64,000 nt of DNA, from the sequence record SRR20825010_1231; one strand, written 5' to 3'. Position 1 is the stretch's first letter. The number at the start of each line of letters is the position of its first letter. A program made the position numbers and the translations under genes. Shown here piece by piece: positions 28,790 to 38,632 of the stretch. The notes beneath the pieces are model-generated. The model was not told the origin of the DNA and did no database searches. It saw nothing but the letters and a program-made list of their open reading frames with translations.

Positions 28790-31564
28790 ATGATTGCCAC
28801 CAGCACCGATTGTCTGAGCGTCGAAGAATTGAACCGTTTGCTCGACGGCCAACTGTCCTCCGACGAGTTCGATTCCGCATCCAAGCACGTCGATGAGTGC
28901 GAACAATGCCAGTCACGCATCCCAGACAAATGGGACGCGTTGTCTTCGGTTGCAAAAGCCGGTACGGAGGAAGACTCCGTCCTAGCCGAATCGGCCTGCC
29001 AATTCGCGGTCGCACGTTTGATGACCGCCCACATCGCGTCCTCCCACGTATCCGCCGACCTGCCCATCGACCAAATTGGTCCCTACGAGATCCTGGGGAA
29101 ACTTGGGCAGGGCGGAATGGGCATGGTCTGTTTGGCTCGCCACAACCGACTGAAACGACAGTGCGCGATCAAGTTGCTGCCGCCTCACCGCGTGATGGAA
29201 CCAGGATGGCTGGATCGTTTCGATCGAGAAATGACAACCATCGCGGCACTCGAACATCCGGGAATTGTTCGTGCCACCGATGCGGGCACCCATTCCGGTT
29301 GGCACTACTTGGTGATGGAACACTTGGACGGAATGGATGTCGGCAAAATCGCCCACCGACTGGGATCACTGCCGGTCGCGGATGCCTGCGAGATCGCTCG
29401 CCAGTCCGCGGTGGCACTGATGCACGTGCACGAAACAGGTTTGATCCATCGCGACGTGAAGCCATCGAACTTGATGCTCACGCGAGACGGGACGGTCAAA
29501 CTATTGGACCTGGGTTTGGTTCTGGCGGGCGACGATCCGCTTGCCACGGACGACCGGCTCACCACCGTTGGACACCTGATGGGTACCTTGCCCGCGATGT
29601 CGCCCGAGCAGTTGCTCGACAGCCGAAAAGTCCAACCGGCGTCCGACATCTATTCGCTCGGCGCGACCCTGTATCGTTTGATCTCTGGCCGTTGGCCGCA
29701 TGCAAACGAAGGTGGGTTGGCGGCACGCGTGTTGGCAATCACGAGCGAGTCCAATCGATCGACTCCGCCTCCGCTGAGCCGTTTGGAACCCTCGGTCGAA
29801 TCGGAACTGGAAACGTTCGTCGGTCAGATGATGCACCGGCAACCCGACCAGCGTCCCAGCGGATCGGTCGTTGCCGAGCGACTTGCGACCTGGTCCGGCG
29901 ATGCCAACTTGAAAGCGTTGCTCAAGCGAGCGGAAGCGACCCCGGTGTCCGACGCACCGATCACACCATCATTCCCACTGGCAACGAAACCTGCTTCACC
30001 ACCACCGGGCGGCGGCAAGCACAACTGGACCGCATGGTTTGGGCCGTTGGGTTGGTTCGCAGCAGCGGCCTTGCTCGCAACGGTCGTGATCCAAATCGAA
30101 ACCGACAAGGGTTTGGTGACGGTGACCACGGACGGCAAAGACACCCAGGTTGCGGTGGAAAAGGACGTCCAAAATTCAATGGAAGAAACCATATCAACAT
30201 CCACCGAGAAATCGCTGGCTGAAGGAATCGACTCAACTGGCGGCGAGAAGATTTATCTCGGCGAAAACCTCGATCATTGGCTCGGAGTCTTCCGTCGCGA
30301 ACAACAAATGGAACGTATTGGCCAAGCCATGCGAGCGGTTGAGTTGCTGTCTCGCAACACGCCCAAACGCGAAGAAGCCGCTCGAGTCACGTTGGAGTTG
30401 GCAAATGAGTACGGGACTCAAATCATTGATGACACTCCAGACCAAAATGGAGGCGGCTTTGGGGGACAAAGCCCTCCGAACCAACGTTTCATGGGCTATC
30501 TGACGCAAACCTTTGACAACTACCTTCCAACCCCTGGCCTTCGACCACTCGGCGAGACGCTGGTGGATGGCAATGAGAAGGCTAAAATCGCAGCCATCAC
30601 GTTGCTCAACCAGTATCTTTCAGGCGTCCAAGGGAACACTTTTTACGCAGAGCGAGAGGAATCAGTGACTGAATTTTTCAGTCAGTCTGGAGCGACCGTC
30701 GATGGCCGATCGAAAACTGAGACTTTGCTTCAACAGCTCGGAAAAGCTTCCGACGACTTAAGGATGTCGGCTTCGAAGGCTAGTCACGAAGACCGCTCCA
30801 TGAACAATGCTGCGGGAGAGGCCTACTACGCTCGCCAGTCAGCTTGGTCAGTTGCCATGCGGATTGTAAAGATGACCGGCCCGCATACTGCAACTCCAAA
30901 CTGGATCGCCGAATACGTCCAAGAACAGGTCGATGAGGCAGTTGCTGTTTACGAACAACGTGAGATCGATCCAGACACAGGGCAAACCCAATGGGACTAC
31001 ACCAATCCCAATGCAGCCTACGGTTTTTCAATGGGCGGTTTCGGCGGAGGCTCGCAAATGATCACCAGCCCGACTGCCCCTGACTGGCTGTTGTCGCGTG
31101 AACTCTTCCTCGCCGCCATCGAAATGCAAAGGGAAGGTCGGCTCGATTTACCTATCCAGTTCGCAGCGGAGACGCTAGCCCATCCGAGTTTCAATTGGTA
31201 CTCGATGGACGATTCGTCCCTCAACAACGTAGTCCGAGCCTTGGCAACGATCGATCCGGAAGCTCCTTCCCTGATCGCATTTCATCTCGACCGAAGCTTC
31301 CAAGAAATGGACCGCCAATACCAAGCTAGCCAGAACGCAGAATGGCTTCGCCCGCTGACGTATTTTCAGCAGCGTCTCAAAGAAGGTCTGGCATCCGTCT
31401 ACACCACTCACGTCGATCACCCCAAACAGGCTCACGATCGACTCGGACGGTTGGTCAACTCGTTGCCAAAGCTGTCGTCACTCCAACTCACCACCGACCA
31501 CGACCAAGACTTCTGGCTCTCCATGCTAAACGACCTCAAACAGCGATCCGAAAGCGAGCGATAG
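28790..31564 (+). CDS. Membrane Ser/Thr protein kinase with N-terminal anti-sigma zinc finger
   Basis: HVDECEQC; GQGGMG, AIK, HRDVKPSN, DLG, SPEQ, DIYSLG; TM followed by an extracytoplasmic domain. Confidence 0.9.
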   Translation: MIATSTDCLSVEELNRLLDGQLSSDEFDSASKHVDECEQCQSRIPDKWDALSSVAKAGTEEDSVLAESACQFAVARLMTAHIASSHVSADLPIDQIGPYEILGKLGQGGMGMVCLARHNRLKRQCAIKLLPPHRVMEPGWLDRFDREMTTIAALEHPGIVRATDAGTHSGWHYLVMEHLDGMDVGKIAHRLGSLPVADACEIARQSAVALMHVHETGLIHRDVKPSNLMLTRDGTVKLLDLGLVLAGDDPLATDDRLTTVGHLMGTLPAMSPEQLLDSRKVQPASDIYSLGATLYRLISGRWPHANEGGLAARVLAITSESNRSTPPPLSRLEPSVESELETFVGQMMHRQPDQRPSGSVVAERLATWSGDANLKALLKRAEATPVSDAPITPSFPLATKPASPPPGGGKHNWTAWFGPLGWFAAAALLATVVIQIETDKGLVTVTTDGKDTQVAVEKDVQNSMEETISTSTEKSLAEGIDSTGGEKIYLGENLDHWLGVFRREQQMERIGQAMRAVELLSRNTPKREEAARVTLELANEYGTQIIDDTPDQNGGGFGGQSPPNQRFMGYLTQTFDNYLPTPGLRPLGETLVDGNEKAKIAAITLLNQYLSGVQGNTFYAEREESVTEFFSQSGATVDGRSKTETLLQQLGKASDDLRMSASKASHEDRSMNNAAGEAYYARQSAWSVAMRIVKMTGPHTATPNWIAEYVQEQVDEAVAVYEQREIDPDTGQTQWDYTNPNAAYGFSMGGFGGGSQMITSPTAPDWLLSRELFLAAIEMQREGRLDLPIQFAAETLAHPSFNWYSMDDSSLNNVVRALATIDPEAPSLIAFHLDRSFQEMDRQYQASQNAEWLRPLTYFQQRLKEGLASVYTTHVDHPKQAHDRLGRLVNSLPKLSSLQLTTDHDQDFWLSMLNDLKQRSESER

Positions 31565-31600
31565 CGTCGGCCTGGAATTCTTCATCGAAGACTGTTTCAG

Positions 31601-31711
31601 GAACACTAATCGACGCTAATCGTACACTAATCTTCGAGGCAATCACTCTCCAGCTCACAACGATTAGTGCGAGATCAGAGGAGATTAGTGTTCCCCCGCC
31701 TCCACCATCTC
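31601..31711. repeat. Palindromic repeat, copy 1 (hairpin 31601-31693 plus conserved tail)
   Basis: gaacactaatc-gacgctaatc-gtacactaatc ... gattagtgcga-gatcagagga-gattagtgttc. Confidence 0.9.
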
Positions 31712-31824
31712 GGCAACACGGAATCCAACACAAAGAGTTGTCGCGAAGTACAAAACGCAAACTGCCTCGCCTAGCGACCTACGCTATCGCTATCGCTGCA
31801 GATTGCCTGCCGGACGAATTTGAA

Positions 31825-31939
31825 GAACACTAATCGACGCTAATCGCACACTAATTTCGAAGGCAATTACGCTCTCAGTTCACAACGATTAGTGTGCGAT
31901 GAGAGAAGATTAGTGTTCCCCCCCGGCGTCCACCACCTC
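31825..31939. repeat. Palindromic repeat, copy 2 (hairpin 31825-31918 plus conserved tail)
   Basis: gaacactaatc-gacgctaatc-gcacactaat ... gattagtgtgc-gatgagagaa-gattagtgttc; direct copy of the 31601 element. Confidence 0.9.
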
Positions 31940-31946
31940 AATGACT

Positions 31947-32339
31947 TCATTGCGAATGCAAATCATCGATCACGAATCGCTTCCATTCCAAGTCACCCTT
32001 CTTTCCAAAGTTGATGAGGTAACCAACTCGTTTCCGGGCGATTCGCATGTAGTTGAATAACTGAGCTTTATGATCAGAGCAAAGTTCTTTCAAAGCCTTC
32101 AGCTCGACCACGATTCCACCGAAAACTAACAGGTCAGGTCGGTACTTCGGAGCCAAAAGATGCCCCTTGAAATACACGCTTATTTCAGCTTGGGCAACGA
32201 ATGAGATCCCCCTCAATCCGAGCTCCACCTCCAAAGCGGACTGATAGACTTCCTCTGCCATTCCATAGCCAAGTTGATTGTAGACCTCGAATGCGGCCCC
32301 CATCAGGTCGTAGCCTTCTTGCTTGAACATGAATCCCAC
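31947..32339 (-). CDS. GxxExxY protein (PD-(D/E)xK nuclease superfamily)
   Basis: LGYGMAEEVY, RPDLLV, VELK, AQLFNYM, GYLINFG; alternative ATG at 32330. Confidence 0.9.
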   Translation of the reverse strand: MGFMFKQEGYDLMGAAFEVYNQLGYGMAEEVYQSALEVELGLRGISFVAQAEISVYFKGHLLAPKYRPDLLVFGGIVVELKALKELCSDHKAQLFNYMRIARKRVGYLINFGKKGDLEWKRFVIDDLHSQ

Positions 32340-32430
32340 CTAGAAACTGCGGATCGCACGGTTCCCTTGGCCCTCGAACCTTAAGCGTGCGTCTGAAACG
32401 CCTTCGGTCAGAAGTCTTCACGTCAATCTA

Positions 32431-33495
32431 TCAAATCACCCGACCTTGTTCTGGCAGCACCTTTTGGAGTTGCTCGATGGCGGTGGGAGAGTTGACTGAC
32501 AGAGCGGTTGGTATTTGAAGTGGCAGGGTCACCGATCCATCGCCGCGGATGACCATTGAGTTCGTCCAAGGACTCGCGGGCATGAATGCTTTCGCATGCT
32601 CCACACCAGGGTCACATCCACCGATTTGCAGATCAACCGAACGATCGCCGGACATTCGATGGCCGATCCCCACCAACCGAATCATGGGAGTGGAATCGGT
32701 CTCTGAATCAGACACGATCGACGCAAGTGATTCATTGGTTTGCCAAGCATGCACGCTTCGCAGCGTCGCGGCGGGATCCAAGGTCACGCAAACACAACGA
32801 GCTGACTCATTGCGACGACGAGTGATTCTCGCGATCATCGCGGCGGTCATCTCCGCTTCGTCCGCATCAAGTGCTCCCGGACCGATCACGATTGCCGCGT
32901 ACGAGCTTTCGTGAAAATGCTTGGCCCAGGCTTGAAACTCAGAACCTTCTTCGGTCGCTTCCGGGTGCTCGATCGCATGATGCATCCGACCAGCAAAATC
33001 GGCGGTCCATCGCTCCCAACGCTTCACCTTTCGCTTGCCATCCGTTGCACTGGAGACAGCGGACTCCAAACGCAGTTTTGCTTCCAAACGAGGCCAAGCC
33101 GGATCGACTTCACCAATCAACCAAACCAAATCGGCGTGCGTGACGACTTCGGAAAGTGTTGCGGCAAAGATCCCGTCACGTCGCGTGACCGTTCCAATGG
33201 CCAGGAGCGAAGGATCCGATTCGATTTCAACTTCGATCACCCCGTCGGATTGCCACTGAACCAACTGCCGAGCCGCCACCAGATCCACCCCCGAAGTGAT
33301 CACGCGAATGGGTTGCTTGCAGCCGGCGATCCGGGCCAACGTCGCCTTGTCCGTTCGAGCCACTTGGTTCACCAACGAACCCGCCGACTCAGCGATCTCG
33401 CACCCGTTTGCCTGAACCGATCCGTCCGCGTTCACCACGACATCGTCGCAGTGCAGTGGACAGAGCGGGCAAACAACACGAGACGGTTCGCTCAC
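32431..33495 (-). CDS. Formylmethanofuran dehydrogenase subunit B-like (FhcB/FwdB), divergent
   Basis: N-terminal CPLCPLHCDD; TLSEV..HADLV; IRGDGSVTLPL. Confidence 0.65.
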   Translation of the reverse strand: MSEPSRVVCPLCPLHCDDVVVNADGSVQANGCEIAESAGSLVNQVARTDKATLARIAGCKQPIRVITSGVDLVAARQLVQWQSDGVIEVEIESDPSLLAIGTVTRRDGIFAATLSEVVTHADLVWLIGEVDPAWPRLEAKLRLESAVSSATDGKRKVKRWERWTADFAGRMHHAIEHPEATEEGSEFQAWAKHFHESSYAAIVIGPGALDADEAEMTAAMIARITRRRNESARCVCVTLDPAATLRSVHAWQTNESLASIVSDSETDSTPMIRLVGIGHRMSGDRSVDLQIGGCDPGVEHAKAFMPASPWTNSMVIRGDGSVTLPLQIPTALSVNSPTAIEQLQKVLPEQGRVI

Positions 33496-35513
33496 GAATC
33501 CGTTCCGCCATCCTCGGCTGAGAAATCATCTCGCACCGAGAGTTCTTTCACGGCTTTGACCAATTCAATGGCATTTTCAACCGGGGTTTGTTGCAACACG
33601 CCATGACCGAGATTGAAGATGTGTCCGGGACGCCCGCCGGCCTTGTTCAAAACATCTTGCACGGCCGCGCGAATGGTCTTGGCATCGGTCAACAACACCG
33701 ACGGGTCCAGGTTGCCTTGGACCGAGATGTCATGCCCGACCCGTTTCCAGGCCACGTCCAGTTCGATCCGCCAATCGACTCCCACCACCGTCCGACGATC
33801 GCCACGCAACAAAGGCAACAATTCAGGATTGCCGGTTGCGAAGTTGATCAGTGGCACGCCAGGAGTCACGCCTTCCAAGATGCGTTTCATCCAAGGCAGC
33901 ACAAACTCGCTGTAGTCACCTGGCGACAAACAACCAGCCCAACTGTCGAACAATTGCACACACTGGGCTCCCGCTGAGATCTGCTCGTTCAGGTAGACGA
34001 TGATTGCGTCGGTCAACCGATCCATCAACGCGGCCCAGCCCCCATCGCCGGCCCGCATCAAAGCTTTCGTGCTGCTGTATTGGCGGCTGCCGCCACCTTC
34101 GATCGCATAACTGGCCAGCGTGAACGGAGCGCCAGCGAATCCGATCAACGGAATCCCCTCGGGCAGGTCCGCTCGCGTTTGCTTGACCGTCTCATAGACG
34201 AACCCAAGATCCTGCGGGCTGTCGAGTCCTTTGACTCGGTCGACATCCGCCGCCGACCGAACCGGGTTGTGAATGACTGGTCCATCGCCTTTGACGAACT
34301 CCAAGTCGAATCCCATCGGAACCAAGATCGGCAACAAGTCCGAGAAAATGATCGCCGCGTCGACATTCAGCTTTTCGACGGCCGTGCACATCACTTCGCT
34401 GCACAACTTAGGATTGGCGCAGAGTTCCAAGAACGTTTGCTGCGATCGAACTTCCCGGTACTCCTGCATGTAGCGACCGGCTTGCCGCATCATCCAAACC
34501 GGGGTGCGGGGCGTGGGCTCACCGCGACACGCACGCATGAACAAACTGGACTGGGAGGGATGATCGTCGATGGCGGGCATAGGTATCTTGCTAGCAGAAA
34601 TGAGACTGGAATCATCTGCCCGCAGAGAGACAGACGTTTGAGAAGTGGATGACTGGGAGCCAGACGATCTCTCGCGAACTTCGTCGACCAAACGTTTGGC
34701 ATCGCGAGCCGACTCGCTGACGAGGTGCCCCATTTTTGGATGCGATGGTTCCATCGCGATGGCCAAATCGTGTTCTCGCAACATGTCGCTGGTCGTTGGC
34801 CCGATTGACACGATCGCGGTCTTTGACAAACCGTCGCGAAGCGAATCGCTCACGCCAAGGTCTTCGGCCATGCGGAGCAAGTTGACGACTTGATGAGCAC
34901 TGGTGACCAACAAGATGTCTCGTTCGCCTTCGGCCAAAGCCAGCGTGTTCGCCTTTAGCGGCTGAGTGTCTTCGGGGAATTCCCAACCGTAGACTTTGAC
35001 GGATTCGGCAATCGCACCGCGAGCTTCCAAGCCGGCGATCAACTGTTTGTTGCTGACGCCGTATTCTTGAATTCCAATCGTTTGATTCGCGATCGGAATC
35101 CCCGCGTCGATCGTTTGCAACAATTCTCGCCAAGTGTTTGGCTCCGGCACGCGGTGGGTCGGCTTCAACCCAAACTCTCGCATCACCGCGACCGGTTTAG
35201 GGCCGCGGCAGATCGTTGTGATGTCGCTCAAGGCGTCGATCAACCGTTGTTGGTCGACGTGTTTTTCAGTCGCTTTGAGCAAATATCGAAAACCAACGCC
35301 GGTCATCACAATCACGATACCAATGTCACCGGTGATGATCCGATAAGCAAAATCAATCGCTGCCCGGTTGGGTTCGATCGGCACCTCTCGCATCGATGGA
35401 CTGACAAACGCTTCGCCCCCGAATTTGCAAATCAATCGCGTCATATCGTCAGCCCGTCGGCTTTCGAGAGCGGCCACGCGAAGGCCGTCAAAATTGTTAG
35501 TTGTCGCGGCCAT
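33492..35513 (-). CDS. hemE: Uroporphyrinogen-III synthase (HemD) / uroporphyrinogen decarboxylase (HemE) fusion
   Basis: N-terminal LESRRA..RGPKP..SIGPTTS (HemD); C-terminal PVWMMRQAGRY, IIFSDLL, QLFDSW, FNLGHG (HemE). Confidence 0.9.
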   Translation of the reverse strand: MAATTNNFDGLRVAALESRRADDMTRLICKFGGEAFVSPSMREVPIEPNRAAIDFAYRIITGDIGIVIVMTGVGFRYLLKATEKHVDQQRLIDALSDITTICRGPKPVAVMREFGLKPTHRVPEPNTWRELLQTIDAGIPIANQTIGIQEYGVSNKQLIAGLEARGAIAESVKVYGWEFPEDTQPLKANTLALAEGERDILLVTSAHQVVNLLRMAEDLGVSDSLRDGLSKTAIVSIGPTTSDMLREHDLAIAMEPSHPKMGHLVSESARDAKRLVDEVRERSSGSQSSTSQTSVSLRADDSSLISASKIPMPAIDDHPSQSSLFMRACRGEPTPRTPVWMMRQAGRYMQEYREVRSQQTFLELCANPKLCSEVMCTAVEKLNVDAAIIFSDLLPILVPMGFDLEFVKGDGPVIHNPVRSAADVDRVKGLDSPQDLGFVYETVKQTRADLPEGIPLIGFAGAPFTLASYAIEGGGSRQYSSTKALMRAGDGGWAALMDRLTDAIIVYLNEQISAGAQCVQLFDSWAGCLSPGDYSEFVLPWMKRILEGVTPGVPLINFATGNPELLPLLRGDRRTVVGVDWRIELDVAWKRVGHDISVQGNLDPSVLLTDAKTIRAAVQDVLNKAGGRPGHIFNLGHGVLQQTPVENAIELVKAVKELSVRDDFSAEDGGTDS

Positions 35514-35646
35514 GCGGGTTTGGAATCCGGAAGGGGGTTGGGCAAATCGAGTCGGCAGAAAGCTGGAAGGGAAGATTGTAGAGATTTTGCGTCGCGTTAC
35601 GATGACGGCACACGGTCTTTCGCCTTCCCCTCAACAGCTTCTTTGC

Positions 35647-36309
35647 ATGCCTCGCGCCGCCCTCCGAAAACCCAACCCCGCCTTGGACCTGGATTCCTGG
35701 CTGAAAACGCCCGAGGACTTGCCAGCGACAATCAACAGCCAAACGCTGTTCGGCAACGATCAACCATTGGAAATTGAGGTCGGCAGCGGGAAGGGGTTGT
35801 TCATCCAAACGGAATCCGATCGTCGTCCCGAGCACAATTACTTCGGGATTGAAATTGCTCGCAAATACGCCGCTCACGCTGCCGCCAGATTGGCCAAACG
35901 CGAGCGTGCCAACGCAAAAATGTTGGCTGGCGACGCCACGCCGCTGTTCGAGGTAACTGACGAGGGAAAACGAATCGAAGATGGGTCACTCGATGGCGTG
36001 CACGTTTACTTCCCCGATCCGTGGTGGAAAAAGCGACATCGCAAGCGACGCGTCCTCAGCCACGACAACATTCTCAACTTCAGCCGCTGCCTTCGCGTGG
36101 GTGGGCGACTGCACTTCTGGACCGATGTGCTGGATTACTTCGAGCTGACCGTCGAATTGATCGCCGAGATCGCACCGGAACTGGGCGTGCCGTTGCCGGA
36201 AACGCAGCGAGAATCGACTCACGATTTGGACTTCCACACCCACTTCGAACGACGCAGCCGCAAGATGGGCATTCCGGTTTACCGAGTTTGCTACCGCAAA
36301 CGTTCGTAG
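35647..36309 (+). CDS. trmB: tRNA (guanine-N7)-methyltransferase
   Basis: LEIEVGSGKG, GIEI, YFPDPWWKKRHRKRR, TD, THFE. Confidence 0.92.
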   Translation: MPRAALRKPNPALDLDSWLKTPEDLPATINSQTLFGNDQPLEIEVGSGKGLFIQTESDRRPEHNYFGIEIARKYAAHAAARLAKRERANAKMLAGDATPLFEVTDEGKRIEDGSLDGVHVYFPDPWWKKRHRKRRVLSHDNILNFSRCLRVGGRLHFWTDVLDYFELTVELIAEIAPELGVPLPETQRESTHDLDFHTHFERRSRKMGIPVYRVCYRKRS

Positions 36310-36325
36310 TTTGCAGGCTGAATTT

Positions 36326-36506
36326 GTACGTTGGGCTTCCAAGCCCGACGGAAGAGATGGTTTCGCAATCGTCATCGGGCATGTGAGCCGCTCGGCGTTC
36401 GCCACGGCTCCCGCGCTCGACCGGGGCGAATACCCAAACGGCCCACGGGATTTACCCCAACCATTCCTGCTTCGATGGTTTCGCCGGGCTTGGAAGCCCA
36501 GCGTAC
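36326..36506. repeat. REPIN-like pair of inverted GTAC-REPs enclosing a second palindromic element
   Basis: gtacgttgggcttccaagcccgacg (36326-36350) and cgccgggcttggaagcccagcgtac (36482-36506); inner palindrome at 36383-36446. Confidence 0.8.
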
Positions 36507-36523
36507 GCTTTGAAAGACACCAA

Positions 36524-37312
36524 CTACGGCCAGCTCGGCTTGCGTTTTTCAAGGAACGCAGAAACACCTTCGGCGGCGGATTCGGTCGTGCACGCCGAGG
36601 CACTGTCCGCCGCTGCAGCAGATATTTGAGTCAGCAAGGCTTCACCGACGCTTTCGTTGAGCAAACGCTTGGACGCCTGCACCGCCTCGGCGGGCCCTTC
36701 GCTGCAACGAGCTGCCCACTGGCTGGCCGCCACCCAAACTTGATCCGACGCCACCGGTGATTGGCACAGCAGATTCAGTCGCTGAGCTTCTTCCGCGTCG
36801 ATGTTCTCACCCGCCAAAGTCAACCTGGCAGCGGCCGCTGCACCGATCCGGAACGACAACAACGCGGTCGTCACTCCGCCAACCAATCCGCGTCGCGCAG
36901 CATCGGCGGCAAAGGTGGCTCGTTTGCTGGCCACGCACAAATCCGACGCTAGCATAAGCGCGAACCCCGCCCCAATCGCCGCTCCATCCACAGCAGCAAT
37001 GATTGGCTTGGGAAACCGAAGCATCTTCTCGCAGGTTTCGGAGACCGCCCGCCAATATTCGAACCACTGCTGCATCCGTTCCGACTCGGGCAAATCCGCG
37101 ATCTGCTGAAAGACTTGCAGGTCGACTCCCGAGCAAAAATGATCGCCTCGCGAAGACAGAACGACCGCCCGAGCCCTTTTTTCTTGGTGCACATCACCGA
37201 GAGCTTCGTTGAGATCAAACAACAGTCCGGGACTGAGAGCACCGTGCTTTTCCGGCCGATCAATCAAAACGGTCGCCACGTTGTCGTGAATTCGAACATC
37301 CAGATGTTGCAT
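36524..37312 (-). CDS. Enoyl-CoA hydratase/isomerase family protein
   Basis: FCSGVDL, PKPIIAAVDGAAIGAG, EGVSAFLEKRKP. Confidence 0.88.
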   Translation of the reverse strand: MQHLDVRIHDNVATVLIDRPEKHGALSPGLLFDLNEALGDVHQEKRARAVVLSSRGDHFCSGVDLQVFQQIADLPESERMQQWFEYWRAVSETCEKMLRFPKPIIAAVDGAAIGAGFALMLASDLCVASKRATFAADAARRGLVGGVTTALLSFRIGAAAAARLTLAGENIDAEEAQRLNLLCQSPVASDQVWVAASQWAARCSEGPAEAVQASKRLLNESVGEALLTQISAAAADSASACTTESAAEGVSAFLEKRKPSWP

Positions 37313-37364
37313 GAGAAAAGCCTGTTGAGAGCATCGGCAGAGAAAAACATCGCGTCGCAGATCT

Positions 37365-38288
37365 TCAATCCAGAAGCGACAACTGTTCAGGAGATTGTGG
37401 AGGGCGGGGCAGGGTGAAGTCCACACCCGGCATCGCATCGGACATTTTCGAAAGCAGTAATTTGGCAAACAACGGTGCCAAACGATCATCGGGCGTATGC
37501 GTGAACACAATCGGTCGCAGTTCCGCCTTCAACCAACCGACCACGATCGGCACCCATTGATCGAGGAACGCTTCGGCAAGCTCGATTCGGTTGCGTCCGA
37601 CGATTCGTAACATCGGACGTTTGGCGGTGACCGTTTGGCGAACCGGGGTACGCGGCTTTCTTGCCTGCGATTTCTCTTCGATGGCATCTTCCGGCGGCGA
37701 CTGAAACAGGGGACGGCTGTCAAACGTGACCTTGTCGATCTGCAAGTCCCACAGCAGATCATTCACGCGAGCCTCATTGTCCGCTGAATCAAACCAATCG
37801 TGATGCCGAAGCTCCACCGCCCACGGCAATTCTCGTGGCAAACGGCGGAGGAACTTCGCCAGAATAGGCAATCGATCCGGACCAAAATTCGGCCCGAGCT
37901 GCAAAAACGTCGGCCCCAAACGATTCTCCTTGGCAACCACACGCAATCGAGCCAAAAACTCTCGCACCTCGTCATCGCAGTGCTGCAGCATGCTGTCGTG
38001 CGAAATTCGCTTTGGGAATTTGAAGCAAAACTCAAAACCATCGGCCGCTTGCTCCGCCCAACCGCGAAAAGTCTGCTCGCCGGGGACCGCATAAAACGTG
38101 CTGTTTCCCTCGACCGTGTTGAACGTACGCGTGTACCACGAAAGCCACTCGGTTCGAGGTGTCTTTTTGGGATAGACCACGTCACCCCATCCGTCGCAGG
38201 ACCAAACTGGAGCACCAATCGACATCGGCCAAGATGGTGACGAAAATGTTTCGTTGGGCTGTTTCACGCGGCGAGATTCAGGCGGCAT
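37365..38288 (-). CDS. DUF72 family protein
   Basis: FNTVEGNSTFYAVP, FKFPKRISH, AVELRH. Confidence 0.88.
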   Translation of the reverse strand: MPPESRRVKQPNETFSSPSWPMSIGAPVWSCDGWGDVVYPKKTPRTEWLSWYTRTFNTVEGNSTFYAVPGEQTFRGWAEQAADGFEFCFKFPKRISHDSMLQHCDDEVREFLARLRVVAKENRLGPTFLQLGPNFGPDRLPILAKFLRRLPRELPWAVELRHHDWFDSADNEARVNDLLWDLQIDKVTFDSRPLFQSPPEDAIEEKSQARKPRTPVRQTVTAKRPMLRIVGRNRIELAEAFLDQWVPIVVGWLKAELRPIVFTHTPDDRLAPLFAKLLLSKMSDAMPGVDFTLPRPPQSPEQLSLLD

Positions 38289-38535
38289 GTTCGGGACGCG
38301 GTGGAAAGAAAACCATCAGAACCAGAGTAGAGCAATCGTCCGACAAGCAGAGCGTTTTCCATGTGAAATCCTCTTGCCCAGCCGAAGAAAACTGGGGAAC
38401 ATTTCACCGTCAGACGAAAAGAGATCATTCAGAAGCCACACGACTGACCAAAATCTGCCGCCGCATTTGGGACATTGGAAGTGTCGACAGACACCCCAGA
38501 ATGCCACACGAATGCATTTCACCTGCAATTCGGCC

Positions 38536-38563
38536 TTGACAGGAATGGCACAGCCGCCATACT
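38536..38563 (+). promoter_or_regulatory. Putative sigma70 promoter of the str operon
   Basis: TTGACA-N16-CATACT about 70 nt upstream of rpsL. Confidence 0.55.
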
Positions 38564-38632
38564 TCGCCGCTTGCAAAAATCTCGGCCCAAGTTGCGTGCC
38601 GCGACACATCACCGTCCAATTGCATTGTTTTC

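Noticed and set aside
31342-31833. 163-aa ORF across the kinase end and the repeats
   Set aside because: Overlaps the kinase out of frame and merely translates the palindrome; no protein-like features.
31601-31939. CRISPR array
   Set aside because: Only two units of about 94-115 bp, far longer than CRISPR repeats, and no cas genes; reported as palindromic repeats instead.
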